Assembly (NCBI GenBank): GCA_977020255.1
Contig: CDROCS010001028.1
Location: forward strand, 1-64,000
Direction: 5' to 3'
DNA: 64,000 nucleotides
From: Obrimoposthia wandeli
Lineage: Eukaryota
The notes under the pieces are model-generated. The model worked only from the letters and a program-made list of their open reading frames with translations. It ran no database searches and was not told where the DNA came from. Below, piece after piece: positions 29,832-40,265 of this stretch; position 1 is the first letter of the stretch, and each line of letters starts with the position of its first letter. Both the position numbers and the translations under genes were made by a program.

Positions 29832-30599
29832 TTATCCTTGGCTCCAGTATTTATTGTTATGTTTAATCATGGCTTGAATTTCAGTGACGTAAGCGTTACC
29901 ACGTTCTGAATAACGAATTAGCCCTTCAGCAAGCTTTGTCCCTTCAATCGGCTTTCCTGCGCGACGTTGAGCGGCACGTAATTCACGAAGTTCAGCATAA
30001 GCACTATTACGGTTCACATTCATAAAGTAAGCATTAACAGAACGATAGGCTGACTCAAATACAGCGACTTCATGTGTAGAGCCTTCATTTCTTGCTAACG
30101 GTACTAGTCCACAGCCTTTACGATAACACCACTGACCGAAATAGTTATTCCCTTCAGTGGCAAAGCGTGATGTACCCCAAGCGGATTCATTTGCAGCTTG
30201 GCTTAATACTAACTCTTTAGGTAATACATCAACTCGAAGTAGCATATGAGACAACCAAGTATCAGTTACACCGTCACCAGTAAAAGAAACGCTATACATT
30301 TTACTTAGACGCCTAGCATGATCTATTTCTTCACTGTCTAACGACTTACCCGCATCAAGCTCTGCTTTTATTTTTAATAAGAAGTCCCTTTCTTTCGTCA
30401 CTCGTTTATTTTCTTGCTCAACAGACGGCATCAAATACGCAAAGAAAGCCGCTTTTTTTTCATTCACATCTGTCATTGCAGAAAAATTAGGTTTTGAAAG
30501 TGACGCAACATTTACACTTTCATCAGAATTTGGTGTATCTCCACATCCCACCATAAATGCAGACATTAACGCTGCAATAACAACCTTGTTTTTATTCAT
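29832..30599 (-). CDS. Bax-like glucosaminidase-domain lipoprotein
   Basis: LSQAANESAWGTSRF, NNYFGQWC, YSERG. Confidence 0.88.
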   Translation of the reverse strand: MNKNKVVIAALMSAFMVGCGDTPNSDESVNVASLSKPNFSAMTDVNEKKAAFFAYLMPSVEQENKRVTKERDFLLKIKAELDAGKSLDSEEIDHARRLSKMYSVSFTGDGVTDTWLSHMLLRVDVLPKELVLSQAANESAWGTSRFATEGNNYFGQWCYRKGCGLVPLARNEGSTHEVAVFESAYRSVNAYFMNVNRNSAYAELRELRAAQRRAGKPIEGTKLAEGLIRYSERGNAYVTEIQAMIKHNNKYWSQG

Positions 30600-31582
30600 T
30601 ATGCGTTAAATACCTTACCGCCTTTTTCTGTGTCATCGCTTTGTGGCGTATTTCCACTACCTTGCTGGTGGTTATCATTTTCATCATCAGCGTGGTCTTT
30701 ATTTGGCGTCGGTGCAGAGTCTGTTGTTTCAGTTTCATTGTCTAGGACAGACGTCGGTTGTTGCTGTTCATTTTCTGGTTGAACATGATCAGTCTGAGTA
30801 TTATTTTGTTGTGTGTTTTCCTTCGCGTTAGTTGATGTTACCTGCAAGGTAATGCCAAACATATTGCGATATATAATTGCTTTCACATTAAAGAAAAATG
30901 GAATCGTCCAAAGAAGACCAATACCTGCTGTTGCGAAAGAAACAAAAAACATAATCAAAACAACCAAGAAGATAGCTGTCATTGGCATTAACTTTTTGAC
31001 TGTTGCTTGCAATGAAATTTTAATCGCTTTAATTGGCGTAATGCGTTTTTCACAAACAAGTATAATTGCCATGCTAAAGCCCATAGACAGCAACAAGCCG
31101 ATGATTGGGAATATCGCATTACCAATACCCTGAAGAGAAGATATCAGTAGCATAGTAATGATAGAAACAAGCGTAAACGGAAAACCTTTGATCAAGTGCC
31201 CAGGCTTAGAAGGTAAACCAACAGCATGATTAAGCGCCATTAAACTTACGCCTACATACAATGGTGCACTCAATACATCAGACCAAAAGTTAGCCATGTA
31301 GCCAGCTTGAACGATCTCTTGTGTTAATTCTTTACCTGTAATCACGGCATCGAAAAATATTGCCGGATTACCGAGCTGGACTTGAAGACCAAGCAGCAAT
31401 AACGCGATTTGCGCCAAAAACAACCCGATCACAGCAGGTAAAAATGTGAGAATGTTGCGAGCAGTTATCTTCCACGCTTCTTGTAAAACAGCAACAGCCT
31501 GCAGTTCTACATCTCCCTTTAACGCTTTTTCAACCGACCCGCCAACATGGAAACTTTTATTCATCGCGTCTTTCATAAACAT
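30599..31582 (-). CDS. Multi-pass membrane protein with acidic Q/N/D-rich tail
   Basis: Several TM helices then a low-complexity C-terminus. Confidence 0.7.
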   Translation of the reverse strand: MFMKDAMNKSFHVGGSVEKALKGDVELQAVAVLQEAWKITARNILTFLPAVIGLFLAQIALLLLGLQVQLGNPAIFFDAVITGKELTQEIVQAGYMANFWSDVLSAPLYVGVSLMALNHAVGLPSKPGHLIKGFPFTLVSIITMLLISSLQGIGNAIFPIIGLLLSMGFSMAIILVCEKRITPIKAIKISLQATVKKLMPMTAIFLVVLIMFFVSFATAGIGLLWTIPFFFNVKAIIYRNMFGITLQVTSTNAKENTQQNNTQTDHVQPENEQQQPTSVLDNETETTDSAPTPNKDHADDENDNHQQGSGNTPQSDDTEKGGKVFNA

Positions 31583-32024
31583 ATCATTCTGTGTGAGGAA
31601 CGCCCATTGTACGACATCAACACCTTTTTAAAAAACCTAGCCATACTAAAAAGTCGTTACCAAGTGTTGAATTGTTCAATATTTATCCGATAATGAGTCG
31701 TGATATCATTTTTTATGCTTCTTTTTAGTGTTTTGATTACGGCTAATATGACACTGAAGAAGTATTATTCGCAGATACGAATTTTTAATAGTGAAAATGC
31801 ATGTTAAATTCACCACGTTTTCATGTTCATAACCGCTGTAAATTGTAGCGAATAAGTGACATTTTTTCAGTTGAAGCAATCTGAACACAACGTATTGCAC
31901 TGACTAGAAAAAACACCGAAAAAAAACACTTTAAATTGCACGCTTTGAGGTCTATTATGCGCCTCCTAAAATTAGCCTTTATATTGAGGTAAAAGCAAAG
32001 CCTCAGGATGGAGATAACGTAGAA

Positions 32025-33143
32025 TTGAACGCTTCAACAACATCTAAAAAACCAGTCATTCAGCTTAAAGGGTTAAGCAAGAGCTTCGATGGTAAGCAGA
32101 TTATTGCTGGTTTGGATCTAAACGTAAATGATGGTGAATTTTTAACCATTCTAGGTCCGTCAGGTTGTGGTAAAACCACAGTACTTCGTCTTATTGCTGG
32201 TTTTGAAAACTCTGACGCTGGTCAGGTTATTATTGCCAATAATGATGTTACTCAGATTCCAGCTGAACAACGCCATGTCAATACGGTATTTCAAAGCTAT
32301 GCTTTGTTCCCCCATATGACCGTATTTGAGAATGTTGCGTTTGGTTTACGCATGCAAAAAGTAAGCGAGAGTGAAATAGAGCCTCGTGTTATGGATGCAT
32401 TGCGCATGGTACAGCTAGATAAGTTTGCACCTCGTAAGCCACATCAGTTGTCTGGTGGACAGCAACAGCGAGTTGCAATAGCGCGTGCCGTTGTAAACAA
32501 GCCAAAAGTATTATTACTCGATGAATCACTTTCTGCTCTTGATTACAAATTACGTAAACAAATGCAGATCGAGCTAAAACAACTGCAAAGAAAACTAGGC
32601 ATTACGTTTATTTTCGTTACACACGATCAAGAAGAAGCATTGTCGATGTCTGATCGTATTATTGTTATGCGTGACGGTAATATCGAACAAGATGGCTCTC
32701 CGCGTGAAATATATGAAGAACCAACAAACTTATTTGTTGCTCGCTTCATTGGTGAAATCAACGTGTTTGATGCCATCGTAAAAGAGCGTTTAGACGAAAA
32801 ACGTATTATGGCCGAGGTTGAAGGCCGTATGGCACAAGTTCACTGTGAACTTGCAGTCAACACTGGCGACAAAGTGAAAGTACTGTTGCGCCCCGAAGAT
32901 ATTCGCCTTGAAGAGATCAACAATGGTGAACACGCTAAAGGTATTATCGGTTACGTGCGTGAGCGTACCTACAAAGGGATGACACTCGATTCGGTTATAG
33001 AATTAGAATCAGGTATGTCAGTAATGGTAAGTGAGTTCTTTAACGAAGATGATCCAGACGTTGACCACTCACTCAATCAAAAAGTTGCTATAACTTGGGT
33101 AGAAAGCTGGGAAGTGGTATTAGCTGATGAACAAGAAGCTTAA
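32025..33143 (+). CDS. potA: Spermidine/putrescine ABC transporter ATPase
   Basis: [20 protein letters not shown]. Confidence 0.95.
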   Translation: MNASTTSKKPVIQLKGLSKSFDGKQIIAGLDLNVNDGEFLTILGPSGCGKTTVLRLIAGFENSDAGQVIIANNDVTQIPAEQRHVNTVFQSYALFPHMTVFENVAFGLRMQKVSESEIEPRVMDALRMVQLDKFAPRKPHQLSGGQQQRVAIARAVVNKPKVLLLDESLSALDYKLRKQMQIELKQLQRKLGITFIFVTHDQEEALSMSDRIIVMRDGNIEQDGSPREIYEEPTNLFVARFIGEINVFDAIVKERLDEKRIMAEVEGRMAQVHCELAVNTGDKVKVLLRPEDIRLEEINNGEHAKGIIGYVRERTYKGMTLDSVIELESGMSVMVSEFFNEDDPDVDHSLNQKVAITWVESWEVVLADEQEA

Positions 33144-33984
33144 TCTACAAAACATCATCATAGCAATTATCGTCAGTTGGCTCGTTCTATTTGTTTTCGT
33201 GCCAAACTTGATGATCATCGGAACCAGTTTTCTGACCCGTGATGATGCAAATCTTATTGAAATGACCTTTACGTTTAATAACTACATAAGGTTGTTTGAC
33301 CCGTTGTATGCAAAAGTTATGTGGCATTCGTTCTACATGGCAATTACTGCAACGATATTGTGTTTGCTTATTGGATATCCGTTTGCATACGCTATAGCGA
33401 AGTTACCAGAAAAATGGCGTCCGTTTATGCTGTTTTTGGTTATAGTGCCATTTTGGACTAACTCGTTAATCCGTACTTATGGTTTGAAAATCATGCTTGG
33501 TACGCGTGGCATTCTTAATAATACCCTGCTCTATTTAGATATTATTGATAAGCCAATACGTATCATGTACACAGAATATGCGGTCATGATTGGTCTCGTT
33601 TATATTCTTTTGCCGTTTATGGTGTTGCCATTATATTCAGCCATCGAAAAACTAGATAATACGTACATTGAAGCTGCGCGTGATTTGGGTGCATCAAAAT
33701 TTCAAACGTTTATTAAGGTGATCTTTCCATTAACAATGCCGGGTATTATTGCCGGTTGTTTACTTGTTCTGCTACCAGCACTAGGTATGTTCTATGTATC
33801 CGACCTATTAGGTGGCGCAAAGAACCTATTAATAGGTAATGTGATTAAGAGCCAAGTATTGAACGCTCGAGATTGGCCATTTGGTTCTGCAACCAGTATT
33901 GCGTTAACGGCGTCAATGGCAATCATGCTTTATGCTTATTATCGCGCTGGTAAGTTACTGAACCGTAAAGTGGAGCTGGAATAA
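33127..33984 (+). CDS. potB: Spermidine/putrescine ABC permease
   Basis: [20 protein letters not shown]. Confidence 0.93.
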   Translation: MNKKLNLQNIIIAIIVSWLVLFVFVPNLMIIGTSFLTRDDANLIEMTFTFNNYIRLFDPLYAKVMWHSFYMAITATILCLLIGYPFAYAIAKLPEKWRPFMLFLVIVPFWTNSLIRTYGLKIMLGTRGILNNTLLYLDIIDKPIRIMYTEYAVMIGLVYILLPFMVLPLYSAIEKLDNTYIEAARDLGASKFQTFIKVIFPLTMPGIIAGCLLVLLPALGMFYVSDLLGGAKNLLIGNVIKSQVLNARDWPFGSATSIALTASMAIMLYAYYRAGKLLNRKVELE

Positions 33985-34754
33985 TGGGACGTTCCTTTAA
34001 ATTTGGCTTCATGTCGTTGGTGTACGCTTTTTTATATACACCGATTTTAATTTTAATTGTGAACTCATTTAATGCCAGTAAGTTTGGTATGAAATGGGGC
34101 GGTTTTACAATCAAATGGTACGAGCAATTACTCAATAACGATAGTTTAATGCAAGCAGCATGGCACTCGATCACGATAGCGGTATTCTCTGCCACTGCTG
34201 CCGCCATTATTGGTAGTTTGACGGCAGTAGCACTATTTCGTTATCAGTTCCGCGGTAAGAAGTTCGTCAATGGCATGTTGTTTGTTGTAATGATGTCGCC
34301 TGACATTGTTATGGCTATTTCGCTATTAGCGTTATTCTTATTAATGGGTGCTCAGTTGGGTTTCTTAACCCTGCTTCTTTCACACATCACATTCTGTCTG
34401 CCTTTCGTGGTAGTGACAGTATATAGCCGTCTTAAAGGCTTTGATGTGAAGATGTTAGAAGCTGCGCGCGATCTTGGTGCGAGTGAATGGGTGATTTTAA
34501 AGCAAATCATTCTACCATTAGCAAAACCGGCTGTTGCCGCTGGTTGGTTGTTAAGCTTCACCCTCTCGCTCGATGACGTTATCGTTAGTTCGTTTGTAAC
34601 TGGCCCAAGTTATGAAATTCTACCATTGAAGATTTACTCAATGGTTAAAGTTGGCATTTCGCCTGAAGTAAATGCACTGGCCACGATCATGTTGATTGTA
34701 TCTCTCTTCCTTGTTGTGAGTTCACAACTTTTGGCAAGAGATAAAATCAAATAG
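33984..34754 (+). CDS. potC: Spermidine/putrescine ABC permease
   Basis: [15 protein letters not shown]. Confidence 0.93.
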   Translation: MGRSFKFGFMSLVYAFLYTPILILIVNSFNASKFGMKWGGFTIKWYEQLLNNDSLMQAAWHSITIAVFSATAAAIIGSLTAVALFRYQFRGKKFVNGMLFVVMMSPDIVMAISLLALFLLMGAQLGFLTLLLSHITFCLPFVVVTVYSRLKGFDVKMLEAARDLGASEWVILKQIILPLAKPAVAAGWLLSFTLSLDDVIVSSFVTGPSYEILPLKIYSMVKVGISPEVNALATIMLIVSLFLVVSSQLLARDKIK

Positions 34755-34868
34755 AGCTACACTTACAATGAATACATCATTGGCATTAGCCAACTAAACA
34801 CAAGTGATTAATCTAATTAATCACTTGTTTTTTTTATTCCCCAATGGGGCTTTGGAGTTGATAGAAAA

Positions 34869-35900
34869 ATGAAAAAATGGTCTGCTTTATTTACTGGTGC
34901 TGCATGTGCAGCCGCTATGTTTACGACTACAGCAAACGCAGCAAATAAGGAATTAGTCTTCATGAACTGGGGGCCGTACATTTCTACGGAACTTAGAGAA
35001 CAGTTCACGAAAGAAACTGGTATTAAAGTCATTTATTCGACTTACGAATCGAATGAAACAATGTACGCTAAGTTAAAAACACACCCACAAGGTTACGACT
35101 TGGTTGTACCTTCAACATATTTCGTTGCAAAGATGCGTGACGAAGGTATGTTGCAGAAAATTGATAAATCAAAGCTGACCAATTTTGATGAATTAGATGA
35201 AAACTATCTCAATAAGCCTTTTGATCCAAACAATGATTACTCTATGCCGCATGTGGTCGCAATGACAGGCTTAGCCGTAAATACCGATATGTATGATCCT
35301 GCCGATTTTGACAGCTGGGCTGACTTATGGGACCCAAAATTTAAAGGTCAATTGATGCTAATGGATGACACTCGCGAAGTCTTCCATATAGCATTACGCA
35401 AACTGGGCTATTCTGGTAACACGACAGATCCTAAGCAAATCGATGAAGCAAAAGAAGAGCTGAAAAAGCTGATGCCTAATGTATTAGTCTTTAATTCAGA
35501 TAACCCTGCAGCACCCTACTTAGCAGGTGAAGTTGGCTTAGGTATGCTTTGGAATGGTTCTGCCGCAGCGGCACAAAAAGAAGGTTTACCTATTAAGTTA
35601 ATTTGGCCCAAAGAAGGCGGTATTTTCTGGGTTGATAGCTTAGCCATTGCTAAAAATGCACAAAATGTTGAAGCGGCTCATAAAATGATCGACTTTTTAC
35701 TTCGCCCTGAGATTGCTGCGAAAATCTCTGAAGAAACCGGTTATTTAACCGCGGTTAAAGCATCTAACGCAAAATACAAAGACGACCCTACTCTTTTCCC
35801 ACCACAAGAAGATTTAGACCGTGGTGAGTGGCAAGATGCGGTTGGCGATATGAACATCCGCTATGAAAATTACTTTCTTGAACTAAAAGCTAGCCAATAA
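34869..35900 (+). CDS. potD: Polyamine-binding periplasmic protein (first copy)
   Basis: STYESNE, YDLVVPS, WNGSA. Confidence 0.9.
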   Translation: MKKWSALFTGAACAAAMFTTTANAANKELVFMNWGPYISTELREQFTKETGIKVIYSTYESNETMYAKLKTHPQGYDLVVPSTYFVAKMRDEGMLQKIDKSKLTNFDELDENYLNKPFDPNNDYSMPHVVAMTGLAVNTDMYDPADFDSWADLWDPKFKGQLMLMDDTREVFHIALRKLGYSGNTTDPKQIDEAKEELKKLMPNVLVFNSDNPAAPYLAGEVGLGMLWNGSAAAAQKEGLPIKLIWPKEGGIFWVDSLAIAKNAQNVEAAHKMIDFLLRPEIAAKISEETGYLTAVKASNAKYKDDPTLFPPQEDLDRGEWQDAVGDMNIRYENYFLELKASQ

Positions 35901-36142
35901 TTATTCGATGATGGTTTAAGCAAGGCAATCAGCTTATATAATAGGCTTGATTGCCTTTATAATCGCTAACTTAAGACGTTAGCTTTATAGTTCTGCTATA
36001 ATTACCCCTTATTTTACTTACACTAAAATGGAAATATCATGTACGTTAAATCGTTGATCTGTTTTTCCATTTTATTAGGAGAAGCGGTATATACCGCTAG
36101 AGAGCACTCTCGAAATTCCTGTTTGTTAGGAGCAACAACATA

Positions 36143-37186
36143 ATGAAAAAATGGTCCTCTTTAATGACCAGCGGCATCTGTGCTGCTGCAATGTTTACTA
36201 ATGTAGCGATGGCAGCAGATGAAGAACTGTATTTCTACAATTGGTCTGAGTATATTCCGTCGGAAGTGCTAGAACAGTTTACGAAAGAAACTGGCATTAA
36301 AGTTATTTATTCGACTTACGAATCAAATGAAACCATGTACGCTAAACTTAAAACCTTTGGCGAAGGTTATGACCTAATCGTACCATCAACGTATTATGTA
36401 TCTAAGATGCATTCTGAAGGTATGCTACAAAAAATTGATAAAACGAAGTTGCCACATTTTAAAGATCTTGATCCTAATTTCTTGAACAAGCCTTTTGATC
36501 CTAATAACGACTTCTCTATTCCATACATTTGGGGCGCAACAGGTATTGGTGTTAACACCGATATGATGGATAAATCTGAAGTCAGCGGTTGGGCTGATCT
36601 TTGGGACCCTAAATGGGAAGGTCAATTAATGATGATGGATGACTCACGTGAGTTCTTCCACATTGCCCTTCGTAAATTAGGCTATTCAGCTAACACTACG
36701 AACCCTGAAGAAATTAAAGCAGCATACGAAGAATTGAAAAAACTGATGCCAAACGTATTAGTATTCAACTCTGACTACCCTGCAAACCCATACATGGCAG
36801 GTGAAACGTCACTGGGTATGTTATGGAATGGCTCTGCATACATGGCGCGTCTTGAAGGTGCTCCAATCGATATCGTATGGCCGAAAGAAGGTGCTATTTT
36901 CTGGATGGATAGCTTGTCTATTCCGGCAAAAGCGAAAAATACAGAAGCCGCTCATAAGATGATCGACTTCTTACTTCGCCCAGAAAACGCAGCAAAAATT
37001 GCTGTTGAAATTGGCTACCCTACACCAGTAGCAACAGCTAAGAAGTTATTGCCTGCTGAATTTGTAAATGACAAAAATATCTTCCCACCACAAGACGTAC
37101 TTGATGCGGGTGAATGGCAAGATAATGTTGGCACAGCAAATACACTTTATGAAGAATATTACCAAAAGCTAAAAGCAGGTCTGTAA
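36143..37186 (+). CDS. potD: Polyamine-binding periplasmic protein (second copy)
   Basis: YNWSEY, STYESNE; paralog of the preceding gene. Confidence 0.9.
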   Translation: MKKWSSLMTSGICAAAMFTNVAMAADEELYFYNWSEYIPSEVLEQFTKETGIKVIYSTYESNETMYAKLKTFGEGYDLIVPSTYYVSKMHSEGMLQKIDKTKLPHFKDLDPNFLNKPFDPNNDFSIPYIWGATGIGVNTDMMDKSEVSGWADLWDPKWEGQLMMMDDSREFFHIALRKLGYSANTTNPEEIKAAYEELKKLMPNVLVFNSDYPANPYMAGETSLGMLWNGSAYMARLEGAPIDIVWPKEGAIFWMDSLSIPAKAKNTEAAHKMIDFLLRPENAAKIAVEIGYPTPVATAKKLLPAEFVNDKNIFPPQDVLDAGEWQDNVGTANTLYEEYYQKLKAGL

Positions 37187-37226
37187 TTTACTTACCGCAA
37201 TTGCTTTAAAATATGATGCATAAAAT

Positions 37227-37255
37227 AAAAAGAGGCTCTTATGAGCCTCTTTTTT
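37227..37255. terminator. Bidirectional terminator
   Basis: aaaaagaggctc-ttat-gagcctcttttt. Confidence 0.8.
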
Positions 37256-37280
37256 ATAGGTGAATACTGTAGAAAAAATA

Positions 37281-38003
37281 CTACTTGGCGCTTAATATTT
37301 CGCCGATGAACTCAGGCACCAATTTCGATGCTGGCCCATAGCGTTTTTCAGCAAATTCGCTTTGAACTTCACTTGGTTCTAAGTTCAGTTCAACAGTATG
37401 CGCGCCATGCATTGCAGCTTCATGAACAAAACCAGCGGCAGGATATACTGCACCAGATGTACCAATCGAAATAAACAAATCTGCTTTTAGTAACGCATCG
37501 TGTATACGCTCCATCCCGATTGGCATTTCACCAAACCACACAACATTAGGACGCAAAGGTGAAGGGATCTGACAGCAATGACAGTGGTCATCTAACTTTA
37601 TATCGCCTTGCCAATGAATACTCTGCCCTGTACCGCCACATTGTGCTTTTAATAATTCACCATGCATGTGGATAACATTTTTGCTGCCTGCCAACTCGTG
37701 CAAATTATCTATATTTTGAGTCACAATCGTAACTGTGCCATTAAGTTCGGCTTCAAGCTTGGATAAAGCAAGGTGGGCAGCATTGGGAGAAACGGTCCCA
37801 CTTTCTAGTTGCTGTCGACGTTGGTTATAAAAATTTTGGACTAAATTAGGATTGCGGCGGTACCCTTCTGGTGTTGCAACATCTTCAATGTGATGGTTTT
37901 CCCATAAACCATCTTGATCTCTAAATGTTCGAATACCAGATTCAGCAGAAATGCCCGCACCAGTTAAAATAACAATATTACGGTAGGGAAAAAGCATACT
38001 CAC
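37281..38003 (-). CDS. cobB: NAD-dependent deacylase (sirtuin)
   Basis: [28 protein letters not shown]. Confidence 0.95.
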   Translation of the reverse strand: MSMLFPYRNIVILTGAGISAESGIRTFRDQDGLWENHHIEDVATPEGYRRNPNLVQNFYNQRRQQLESGTVSPNAAHLALSKLEAELNGTVTIVTQNIDNLHELAGSKNVIHMHGELLKAQCGGTGQSIHWQGDIKLDDHCHCCQIPSPLRPNVVWFGEMPIGMERIHDALLKADLFISIGTSGAVYPAAGFVHEAAMHGAHTVELNLEPSEVQSEFAEKRYGPASKLVPEFIGEILSAK

Positions 38004-38337
38004 TGTCCTTATTGTAACGATATACTATTTATACCATTGTTTTTATATGGTTTTAACCTACTTCGTATACGACAATGGTCTAACAAGACTATATAAAGCT
38101 CACAATCTTTAATGAATGGGTTGTATTTGGACTTTTTAGCCACTTATCGTTTTCGATAAGTGCTTCAACGACCTCATTGCTTTGTTTATATTAGTTACCA
38201 ATATAAAGTTATAGTGCACTAGGTTATTATAGATAACATAGCTTCTTTCATTACTGAGACTTCTCGTATTCTAACAGATCGGTAAGGCATTATAAATTAA
38301 GGTATTTCACATAAACTATATATACCAAGCTAATAAA

Positions 38338-38364
38338 AAGCCGATGGTTTAGTACCATCGGCTT
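38338..38364 (-). terminator. Terminator of the fdh operon
   Basis: aagccgatggt-ttagt-accatcggctt. Confidence 0.65.
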
Positions 38365-38410
38365 CTCTTTAACATTACAACGTCTACGCGAAATAACTTC
38401 GCATCAGTCG

Positions 38411-39487
38411 CTATACATTATCTTGGCTCGCTTTACCTTTCAATTCAGCATCTAACTTTTCATCATAACCGGGTTGGTTTTCAGGAAGATCTTTCACTTC
38501 TTCGTACCATAAGTCGTGGTGTTCTTTCGCCCACGTCTCATCGACTTCACCCGTAATCATGCCGTCTAATGCTGCTTCCATACCAAATAAACCAATATAG
38601 ATATGGAACACAAAACCACAGATTAAGATCAAAGCAGAGAACATATGCACGAGATTAGATAATTCCATATCACGGCGTGTTTGCCCGAACATAGGAAAAT
38701 CTAATACAAACCCACTTATAGCAATAAAAAGACCAAACCAAATCAGCAACCAAAAAATGACCTTTTCACCACCATTAGAAAATCCAGCGGATGGGTGCTT
38801 GCCTTTATGCTTACCCACCATTCCGCCTAGTTTCATGAACCATTGCATATCCACTTTGTTAACTATGCTCTTACGCCACCACTTAACTAAAACAGTTAAT
38901 AATAAAATGGCAAAGATAGGCCCCATGTAATTATGGTATTGCTTCGCGGCATAAATAACCCAACCCCAAATTTCTGATGGCACAATAGGTTTAATGAAAT
39001 GCTTACCATAAACCAGTGTTAATCCACTGAATGCTAACGTTAAGAACGTAAACGCCATGCTCCAGTGTAAGGCTCGATCCATACGGCTCCAGCGCTTAAT
39101 TTTACGACCAGTTTTAGGTTTACTTAGCTTCAAAGGGCCAATCGTGACGTACGCAAGCGCAACCATTGCAAGGCTACCGAAGATAGCTAATGCACCTAAT
39201 GGTGACATCCATTTTTCTTTCAGAATGAACCACGTCTGCCCGGGAACACTGATCAATACACCATGCTCTGGTGATTGCGATGTTGTTGTCCCTTCTTGAC
39301 CATTCTTGACCGCGCGCCAATAGTCAGCCCCAGCGAAACCTGTCATTTCACCTTTAATGACAGATTCCCCTAAGCGCTCATTCTTTATTTTTTGGCTCGA
39401 CTCTTCACTGGCCATTGCCGACAAAGCAAACGTCAGCATAAATGCAGTAACCAATAAAGTGAACCAACGTAGAATTCGCTTAGTCAT
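38411..39487 (-). CDS. Formate dehydrogenase gamma subunit (cytochrome b)
   Basis: RALHW, FNGGEK-like FSNGGEK, HIYIG, GMITG. Confidence 0.9.
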   Translation of the reverse strand: MTKRILRWFTLLVTAFMLTFALSAMASEESSQKIKNERLGESVIKGEMTGFAGADYWRAVKNGQEGTTTSQSPEHGVLISVPGQTWFILKEKWMSPLGALAIFGSLAMVALAYVTIGPLKLSKPKTGRKIKRWSRMDRALHWSMAFTFLTLAFSGLTLVYGKHFIKPIVPSEIWGWVIYAAKQYHNYMGPIFAILLLTVLVKWWRKSIVNKVDMQWFMKLGGMVGKHKGKHPSAGFSNGGEKVIFWLLIWFGLFIAISGFVLDFPMFGQTRRDMELSNLVHMFSALILICGFVFHIYIGLFGMEAALDGMITGEVDETWAKEHHDLWYEEVKDLPENQPGYDEKLDAELKGKASQDNV

Positions 39488-39635
39488 TAAAACTCCTAAC
39501 TGCTTATACAAAACAGCTGTAGATAGAAATCAGTTTTGTGACTACATACTGATTTCAGTATTTTCATATCATCTTTCTACAATGGCTTGCTCGCGCGTGT
39601 ACGGTTACACACAAACGAGCGAACCAAATAAGAAA

Positions 39636-40253
39636 TTAGGCTTTGTATTCTTTACTTGCATCGTATGCAAGATCATCAACATTTGCCCAACCCGCCTCTT
39701 TCGCACCACGTGCAACTACACGCTCACGGAAGACATCGGAGATTTTAGCGGCATCACCTGCTAACAACGCTTTGGTTGAACAAAGCGATGCACACATAGG
39801 TAACTTACCTTCGGCAATACGGTTTGCACCGTATTTTTGTTTCTCTTCAATCGAGCCTGGCTCAACACCAGGGCCACCTGCACAGAAAGTACACTTATCC
39901 ATCTTGCCACGTTCAGCAAAGGCATCCTCTTTAGGAAACTGAGGTGCACCAAAAGGACAAGCAAACAAGCAGTAACCACAGCCAATGCAAAGGTCTTTAT
40001 CGTGACGAACAATACCGTCTTCAGTTTGTTCGAAACAATCGGCAGGGCAAACCGCCATACAGGGTGCATCTGAACAATGCATACAAGCGACAGAAATCGA
40101 CGTTTCACCGGGTTCACCATCGTTTAGGGTGACAACGCGTCGACGTTGAATACCCCACTCTAGTGCATCATCGTTTTCGTTCTTACATGCGGTAACACAA
40201 CCATTGCACTCGATACAACGCTTAGAGTCACAAAGAAATTTCATACGTGCCAT
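39636..40253 (-). CDS. Formate dehydrogenase beta (Fe-S) subunit
   Basis: CIECNGC, CMHC, CIGCGYC, CTFC. Confidence 0.93.
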   Translation of the reverse strand: MARMKFLCDSKRCIECNGCVTACKNENDDALEWGIQRRRVVTLNDGEPGETSISVACMHCSDAPCMAVCPADCFEQTEDGIVRHDKDLCIGCGYCLFACPFGAPQFPKEDAFAERGKMDKCTFCAGGPGVEPGSIEEKQKYGANRIAEGKLPMCASLCSTKALLAGDAAKISDVFRERVVARGAKEAGWANVDDLAYDASKEYKA

Positions 40254-40265
40254 CTGAATGACTCC

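Noticed and set aside
34869-37186. Tandem potD duplication as a novelty
   Set aside because: Two adjacent potD paralogs are already known in Vibrio.
39490-39635. Two hairpins between the fdh beta and gamma genes as a riboswitch or sRNA
   Set aside because: No recognisable family motif; likely mRNA stability elements.
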